This document shows positions 24,738 through 30,511 of a stretch of DNA of 30,511 nucleotides, piece after piece. The notes beneath the pieces were generated by a model. It saw nothing but the letters and a program-made list of their open reading frames with translations. It had not been told where the DNA came from and searched no databases. The position numbers and the translations under genes are program-made. This DNA comes from Silvanigrellaceae bacterium (lineage in GTDB: Bacteria; Bdellovibrionota_B; Oligoflexia; Silvanigrellales; Silvanigrellaceae). Location: the NCBI GenBank assembly GCA_049423385.1, contig JBMSQQ010000039.1, forward strand, positions 1-30,511. The letters are read 5' to 3'. The first letter of the stretch is position 1. Each line of letters begins with the position of its first letter.

Positions 24738-26386
24738 AATCCGATGCACGCCCCGAATGCATAGAACAACATCGTTCGATTGCCGGCAGCACCTATTATG
24801 GCATTGGTGGCCAGGCCCGATATTTTGCGTCGCCGGGTTCGGTTGCCGAAATTCGAAGCTGCCTGAATTGGGCGCTGCAGAACAAGTTGCCGGTCGCTGT
24901 TTTGGGTTGCGGAAGCAATCTTCTTTTTGCCGATGGCGAATTCAACGGCCTGGTGCTTTGTCTTTCCGGCATGACCAATGCCTATTGGGAAACAAACAAC
25001 ACGCTTTATGTTGAAGCGGGCGTCAGCAACACCGAGATCGCCGAAATTTGTCTTGATGCTGGGCGTGCCGGAGCGGCGTGGATGTATCGAATGCCAGGCC
25101 ATCTGGGTGCCACTGTTCGCATGAATGCAAGATGTTACGGGGGCGAAATTTCACAAATCGCCGAAAGCGTCTTCACAATCGATGTACACGGCTGCCTTCA
25201 CATCTACAAAGGCAAGGACGTGTTCCATGGCTACAAGAAAACACTGCTGATGGATTCTCCGGAAATCGTTGTGGCAGCGCGCCTGAAATTCCCTTCAACC
25301 GCTGCACGCGAAGAGCTGTTGGAGTTCATGCTCACGTGCGAAGCAGACAGGCACCGCAAACACCATTTCGACCATCCCAGTTGCGGTTCAACTTTCAAAA
25401 ACAATTATCAGGTGGGCCGTCCCAGTGGGCAGGTTTTTGATGAATGCAGCCTCAAGGGCACCCGGAAGGGACAATCCGAGGTTAGCCAATTTCATGCCAA
25501 CTTTGTCTGGAATCTGGGTGGCGCGTCCGCGCACGACATGCTTTCGCTCGCAGCCCACATGCGCGAACGAGCACTCACTTTGAAAAATGCCGATCTGGAA
25601 CTGGAGGTTCAGCCGATTGGTCTTTTCGACCAACAAATCTACGACGGCTGCGCCATGAATCGCCTGGGCCCTTCCATCAAGGATCACTCATCCCAATGGG
25701 TCGGCCTGCTTTGGCACGCCAATTCAACAGTCCAAGAACCGACAGTTCAATGGCCAAAAACGTTGATGCAATCGCCGTTTCATCAGTACTTCCGAACCCC
25801 GGGCGCGGGCCAGGCCGACGTGCACGTGCAATTGATTCAAATGATCAGCATCGAAGAAGCCAAGATGCATCCGGACAAACCCTTCCTGCGTTGGGAAACG
25901 GTGCGCAACTCAGGCACCTGGAGTGGGATTTTCCCAATCAGTCCTGATCATCCACCCGGATTCCTCGATGAACTTTGGACCAGCAGTGTGAGTGAGCTTT
26001 TTATTGCACATGGAAACCAAAATTCTGGAGAGTATCTTGAGTTCGAAATGACCCCGGAAGGCCATTGGATTGCCATTGCCTTCGATGCGCCAAGAAAGCG
26101 CAAGGCGGGTCATCAAATCCCGAAAAAAGAACTTTGGCCTCAATTGAATTGGCAGGTTGAGGAGAACCAGATGGCTTGCGACTTTCCGTACAAGCTTCTT
26201 GCCCCACTCCTGTTCAAAAACGAGTTGAGAGTTCAGGCCTGCCTGAGCCTCGGAGGCGAAGGCTGGTTTCTGGCTCCCCATTGGGCACCGTCGGAGAGCA
26301 ACGAGTGCTGGGACACACAACATAAACCCGATGTCAAACCAGACTTTCATCAGCCACAGCGCTTTTGGCGCGTTGCATTGGACTGA
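24734..26386 (+). CDS. murB: UDP-N-acetylenolpyruvoylglucosamine reductase MurB fused to a C-terminal DOMON/CBM9-like domain
   Basis: GIGGQA, LGCGSNLL, MPGHLGATVRMNARCYG, PSCGSTFKN, HANFVWN and LELEV motifs. Extra ~200 aa carries LW...ELF...YLEFEMTPEGHW...PDFH. Confidence 0.9.
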   Translation: MKSDARPECIEQHRSIAGSTYYGIGGQARYFASPGSVAEIRSCLNWALQNKLPVAVLGCGSNLLFADGEFNGLVLCLSGMTNAYWETNNTLYVEAGVSNTEIAEICLDAGRAGAAWMYRMPGHLGATVRMNARCYGGEISQIAESVFTIDVHGCLHIYKGKDVFHGYKKTLLMDSPEIVVAARLKFPSTAAREELLEFMLTCEADRHRKHHFDHPSCGSTFKNNYQVGRPSGQVFDECSLKGTRKGQSEVSQFHANFVWNLGGASAHDMLSLAAHMRERALTLKNADLELEVQPIGLFDQQIYDGCAMNRLGPSIKDHSSQWVGLLWHANSTVQEPTVQWPKTLMQSPFHQYFRTPGAGQADVHVQLIQMISIEEAKMHPDKPFLRWETVRNSGTWSGIFPISPDHPPGFLDELWTSSVSELFIAHGNQNSGEYLEFEMTPEGHWIAIAFDAPRKRKAGHQIPKKELWPQLNWQVEENQMACDFPYKLLAPLLFKNELRVQACLSLGGEGWFLAPHWAPSESNECWDTQHKPDVKPDFHQPQRFWRVALD

Positions 26387-26437
26387 CTCTCGCGCCACAA
26401 TACGAGCCAGGAAACAGTCCTTTCATACGGGTGTCTT

Positions 26438-27952
26438 ATGCACAGTGCTGTTCGCCACATCCGCACAATTCAATTTACTGCACGATTTGCGGCGACGGGG
26501 CTTGTATTGTTGCCTCTGCTTTCGTCTTGCAAACCCAGGGCCTTCAATGATTCCCAAGTCCAGTCGGGGAAACACACTACCGCCCTGACGAAGACGGCCG
26601 AAGCGCTCGCGGAATCCTTGATGCCGGTCTGGCCTGTTCCGCAAAATTCGGTCGATCTGCGCTCGCTGCCGATGGTCACTTCACTCGGAATTTCAACCGC
26701 AAGTTGGCAATCCTATCTCAATTCGGCATTCACCGACGTTGATCAAGCCGGAGCACAATCCGAGTTGACGCTTTCCAATCCCGAATGTGCGCGCTCGGTC
26801 GATTCCTGGCGAGTTTCAGCAGCCCGACTTTCAATTTATGAACTTGATCTTCCCGGAAATGTGACCGCATGGCAAACACTCGCGCTTCAACGCGAGACTG
26901 ATCTTGCCCAGCGCGTTCAATTGCACGTCACGGTTCAGCCGTGGTGCACAAGCCCACGACTCGATCGCAGCGATTTTGTCCATACACTCGACCACGCGTT
27001 TCTGTTCACTTTCGACATCACGCTCCCGCAATTGAGCAAAGGTTCCCGTTCGTGGCTTGATGATTTGTCATCAGTGAGCAATCAAAACGTCTCGGTGGTG
27101 ATTCCCGCGGAGCGTGCGATACTTCCTTATGCAAGCGCTCTCATGGAAATTCATGACTATCGTCTGGGTCGAACCGCAATCGTCCGCGCATGGAACCAGG
27201 CACTCAAATTCGATGAGCTCGTTGGCAACAAATCACTGCCTTCAAATGCTTGGGTCGCCGCCCGTCAACGCATTGCCCTTCAACAAGGCGTTGGCACCCT
27301 CGTCGATGACCAGGGACTTGCACACCCCACCTTGAAAACGTCACCAGGAGCACTGAACGCTTTTTTCAGCCGCTTTGTTTCTGAAAAGAATTTGCTGCGT
27401 GTACGCGCACACGTCACCGAGGGACTGGGAACCACCCAAAGATTCCTCCGCTGGGAACGCAAGGGTGAAAAACTTCTGCCTTGGCCCATGCAGACGATCG
27501 CCGCTCAATGGGACCGCAACAAAAATGCAATGACCCTGAGTCCGCTGCTCACGGCACCCACAAGGACATCACGCATTGGCTCCGAGCAACCTGTGCAGGA
27601 TCATCTGCGGGCCCAGCTCAAGGATATCGATGTGGAAGCGACTCCTCTGGCGGAAGAAATGTCCATTCAGGATCTGTTGCTGTTGGGTGAACGAACCATC
27701 GAGCCCGAGCGAACGTCAGTGCACACAACCCGTTGCGTCAGTTGTCATGGCATGAATGATGCTTTGAGCTTTGCGCGCGAAGGCCGTCCACCGACGCAGC
27801 GTGGCATCAGACCCATGCATCTCTCAATGTTTGGTGTGAGCATGGATGCAAAACCAGTTGTCAACTTTAGAACAATCCGGTCTGCAGAGTCCGATGCTTC
27901 ACGATTCGAGGAAGAGCAAGCGAATGCAAAGCAACCTGCCGCACGGCCCTGA
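26438..27952 (+). CDS. Lipoprotein of unknown function with a single CxxCH heme-c motif
   Basis: Lipobox LLPLLSS-C. CVSCH at 27734-27748 near the C-terminus. Confidence 0.75.
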   Translation: MHSAVRHIRTIQFTARFAATGLVLLPLLSSCKPRAFNDSQVQSGKHTTALTKTAEALAESLMPVWPVPQNSVDLRSLPMVTSLGISTASWQSYLNSAFTDVDQAGAQSELTLSNPECARSVDSWRVSAARLSIYELDLPGNVTAWQTLALQRETDLAQRVQLHVTVQPWCTSPRLDRSDFVHTLDHAFLFTFDITLPQLSKGSRSWLDDLSSVSNQNVSVVIPAERAILPYASALMEIHDYRLGRTAIVRAWNQALKFDELVGNKSLPSNAWVAARQRIALQQGVGTLVDDQGLAHPTLKTSPGALNAFFSRFVSEKNLLRVRAHVTEGLGTTQRFLRWERKGEKLLPWPMQTIAAQWDRNKNAMTLSPLLTAPTRTSRIGSEQPVQDHLRAQLKDIDVEATPLAEEMSIQDLLLLGERTIEPERTSVHTTRCVSCHGMNDALSFAREGRPPTQRGIRPMHLSMFGVSMDAKPVVNFRTIRSAESDASRFEEEQANAKQPAARP

Positions 27953-28163
27953 CTCCGTTCAGACCTCATCACTTTCGGACAAGCAAAAACACGACCTCAA
28001 ATCTGCACTGTTGTCGATCAAGTGGGCCGCGGAACTTTTGCGTCCCGCCGATGGCTCGGAACCGCCCGTCGAGCTGATTGCAGAGCAACTGCTGCATGCG
28101 TTCAACCATCTGAATCCTGTCATCGAAAAAATTCTCACTTCGGAAAGCAAGGACTTGAAATGA
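27924..28163 (+). CDS. Stand-alone HisKA/DHp-like small protein (~79 aa)
   Basis: KHDLKSALLSIKWAAELL matches an H-box helix, followed by a second amphipathic helix. A purine-rich SD (GAGGAAGAG) precedes ATG 27924. ATGA-coupled to the response regulator. Confidence 0.65.
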   Translation: MQSNLPHGPDSVQTSSLSDKQKHDLKSALLSIKWAAELLRPADGSEPPVELIAEQLLHAFNHLNPVIEKILTSESKDLK

Positions 28164-29623
28164 TCAACCTCCTGCACCTGGACGACGATGCCTTGTTCCT
28201 TCACCGTTGTGCGATTGCTTTTCGTGCCTCTGCCCATGTTGCCCACGTCAATTACAACCCGGTGCGAACTGCGGACGACTTCAGATCGACATTTGCATCG
28301 CTTCAACCCGCTGCTGTTCTGCTCGACTTGAGCTTTGGTGGACATGCCTTGCGCGGAATCGAAGTTCTGCGCGAAATCAGAAGTTCCGGATACAGCGGCA
28401 TTGTCATCATGATGTCGGCGCTGTCCTCGTCGGAAGTGATCATGGATTGCATTCGCGCCGGCGCAAACGATTTTCTCTCGAAAGGTCTCGACGAATCGGA
28501 ACTCACCTTCCGCGTTGCCAGATTATTGCAGACAAGCAGGTTGGGCCACGACCCAAATTCATCGGCAACTCCTTTTCTTCCAACCCATGTGAGTGGACGC
28601 TCCCTGCGTGAAGTCCAGCAAAAGCTCATTCGCCTGAGAAACTCCACGGTCAAGACACTCCTGGTGACGGGCGAGAGTGGCACAGGCAAAGAGATGGTCG
28701 CAGAAATTCTTCGCATCCTGCTGGCTCCAGGCACTCCATTTATTTCCGTCAACTGCGCCGCACTTGCCCCCACTGTTGTCGAGGCTGAAATATTTGGCTA
28801 CGAAAAGGGAGCATTCACCGGTGCGAATCAATCAAAAATTGGCTTGTATGAGGCGGCTGACGGAGGCTGGCTTTTTCTCGACGAAGTTGCACGCCTCAGC
28901 GCATCTGCTCAAGCTGCATTGCTCAGGGCTCTTGAAAATGGCGAAGTCCGCCCCATCGGAAGTACGCGCACCAAAAAAGTGAACGTCAGGGTGATTGCGG
29001 CAACCAACGAACCACTCGACAGATTGGTCGAAAAAGGAGAATTCCGCGCCGATCTGCTCACCCGCCTGCGCGGTTACGAAATTTGTTTGCCTCCGCTTCG
29101 GGCGCGCAGCACCGCAGAGCGTCAGGAGATCATCGAGTCCCTGTTGGCTCGTTTGAATGAAACACTTGCGCTTGAGGCGCAGGAGTTTCGCATTTCCTCG
29201 AGCTGCCTGGCAGTCTTGCTGTCACTTCCATGGTCGCAGGGCAACGTCCGCGAACTTTGGCAGACTCTTCAGGCCATGAGTGTGGATTCCACGGATGGAG
29301 TCATCACCCTCGAACATCTGCCCCTGCGATACCTTGAGTCCAAAATGAAAAGCGAAAAAGTTGAAGCTTCGCATTCGGAGTCAACGGCACAAAACACATC
29401 TCTTCCGGGCGGCGATGAATCAGGCCTGCCTTTCAGCAGCCAGTTTCTCAAACCGGGTTTTCCATGCCAATTCGAATCCCTGGTTGATGAACTTTTCGAA
29501 CGCACGCTCGAGCTGCTCAAGCAATCCACGGGTGAAAATCAACCCAGCCAACGCACGGTGGCGCAACTCCTGAACATCAGCCGACATGAAGCAGCGCAGC
29601 GAATGGGACGGGTTCAGAAATAA
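28160..29623 (+). CDS. Sigma-54-dependent response regulator (NtrC family: REC-AAA+-HTH)
   Basis: Receiver motifs LHLDDD, VLLD, MMSA, FLSK. AAA+ motifs GESGTGKE, GAFTGA, LFLDEV, GNVREL. C-terminal HTH SQRTVAQLLNISR. Confidence 0.93.
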   Translation: MINLLHLDDDALFLHRCAIAFRASAHVAHVNYNPVRTADDFRSTFASLQPAAVLLDLSFGGHALRGIEVLREIRSSGYSGIVIMMSALSSSEVIMDCIRAGANDFLSKGLDESELTFRVARLLQTSRLGHDPNSSATPFLPTHVSGRSLREVQQKLIRLRNSTVKTLLVTGESGTGKEMVAEILRILLAPGTPFISVNCAALAPTVVEAEIFGYEKGAFTGANQSKIGLYEAADGGWLFLDEVARLSASAQAALLRALENGEVRPIGSTRTKKVNVRVIAATNEPLDRLVEKGEFRADLLTRLRGYEICLPPLRARSTAERQEIIESLLARLNETLALEAQEFRISSSCLAVLLSLPWSQGNVRELWQTLQAMSVDSTDGVITLEHLPLRYLESKMKSEKVEASHSESTAQNTSLPGGDESGLPFSSQFLKPGFPCQFESLVDELFERTLELLKQSTGENQPSQRTVAQLLNISRHEAAQRMGRVQK

Positions 29624-29696
29624 ATTTTTCGGTGCTCGACTTCAATTCTTCCCATTCTTGACTCCCGCATGCAGTCAAACAATGAGGAGGTGATTC

Positions 29697-29762
29697 ATGT
29701 CCCGACAACAATCAACAGGACACCCGCACGGGCAAAAGGAAACATCACAAGGAAATCAATAG
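29697..29762 (+). CDS. Putative 21-aa small protein MSRQQSTGHPHGQKETSQGNQ
   Basis: The ATG is preceded by an extended SD (AGGAGGTGAT), and the ORF fills the intergenic gap up to the convergent gene's stop. Confidence 0.4.
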   Translation: MSRQQSTGHPHGQKETSQGNQ

Positions 29763-30469
29763 CGCGGATAAACATCAATTCCGCGGTTGCGGAGGAATTC
29801 CTCAACCTTCACAATCCGCCTCTTCTGGTCGGCCCTGATTCGTGATTCATCGTTGTTGAATCGTCTCACATCCTTGAATTCGTTTGTGTCCGGGTCACGA
29901 TAGGAGTCAACGGAAAGTTGAATCAGCGACTCAAGGCTGATTCCCTGAGCCTTGAGACCCGCCATGCGATCGAGAAACCCCTTGCGGTCAGTTGCTGCCA
30001 ATGGACTCTGGGTCAACAGTGTAAAAAAAGCAGCCGCGAGCATTGGATGATTCGCCGGAAGCATTGCACCGCGCGCAGCATCCTCAAATCGCATCCGCAA
30101 AGGTTTTATTTTCTTTTCGAGATAGTATTCATCAGCCTCAGCGGGTCCACGTGATCCGCACGAAATGCAGCTGAAAACACCCACATTGTTGTATCCCGAA
30201 TCGCCGTGACCATAATAAGCACTCGTGGGAGAGCCGTCCAGATTGATGGTTCCTTCGGCATGTCCAATCGCAAGAATCAGCACCGATTTTGGATTGGCAA
30301 TTGCATTGGCCAAATCAAAATCGATTTTTACAGGCAAATTTTGATTTTGAATCGGTGCAGCGGGTCGGGCTGTTGCTGCAGGTGACACCTTGCCACCCAC
30401 GCGCAACCTGTTTTGACATGCGGAAAGAATCACGAGTGACATTCCTGCGATGCATGCCGCATTTCTCAT
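29756..30469 (-). CDS. Lipoprotein with a putative lysozyme-like (AEGT motif) domain
   Basis: Lipobox LVILSA-C, Pro/Ala linker, then LAIGHAEGT...YYGHGD...NVGVFS. SD GAGAGGA. Confidence 0.7.
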   Translation of the reverse strand: MRNAACIAGMSLVILSACQNRLRVGGKVSPAATARPAAPIQNQNLPVKIDFDLANAIANPKSVLILAIGHAEGTINLDGSPTSAYYGHGDSGYNNVGVFSCISCGSRGPAEADEYYLEKKIKPLRMRFEDAARGAMLPANHPMLAAAFFTLLTQSPLAATDRKGFLDRMAGLKAQGISLESLIQLSVDSYRDPDTNEFKDVRRFNNDESRIRADQKRRIVKVEEFLRNRGIDVYPRY

Positions 30470-30511
30470 GTCGAGTTCCTCTCGTGTCCTGCCAAGCCAA
30501 TCATTCAGTCA

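Noticed and set aside
18209..28163. Pseudo-kinase (18209) and mini-HisKA (27924) as two halves of one split kinase
   Set aside because: They are ~9 kb apart in different transcription units, and the kinase-like half lacks ATP-binding residues, so it could not phosphorylate the partner.
26360..30511. Sigma-54 (-24/-12) promoter near the activator gene
   Set aside because: TGGC-containing candidates checked by eye (near 26367 and at the window end) lack the GG-N10-GC spacing.

Overview
About 30.5 kb of bacterial chromosome with roughly 50-55% GC by eye. The many Cys-rich orphan lipoproteins and the gene content suggest a Bdellovibrionota/Oligoflexia-like organism, but that is inference only. 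From left to right: (1) a four-gene cell-envelope cluster (1-6747) made of a 5'-truncated protein with Ser/Thr/Tyr-rich strands and a domain resembling the Ca2+-dependent self-processing module of Neisseria FrpC (Ser-Pro in place of the scissile Asp-Pro), a 700-aa lipoprotein, a likely outer-membrane beta-barrel, and a lipoprotein with four Cys-pair repeats ending in a CxCH..MP cytochrome-c-like domain; (2) an XRE-family regulator; (3) a split 2-oxoglutarate dehydrogenase locus (lpdA-sucB on minus, sucA on plus) enclosing engB, an N-terminally extended trmL and a two-gene NitT/TauT-type ABC transporter; (4) a degenerate histidine-kinase-like gene, a DsbA-like protein, a membrane protein and an acyltransferase; (5) a coupled esterase-hflX-orf-murB(+DOMON-like) operon; (6) a CxxCH lipoprotein, a stand-alone ~79-aa HisKA-like protein, a sigma-54 response regulator, a 21-codon sORF with a strong SD, and a lysozyme-like lipoprotein. 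No rRNA, tRNA, CRISPR array or mobile element was recognised. All family calls are by-eye motif recognition, not database searches.
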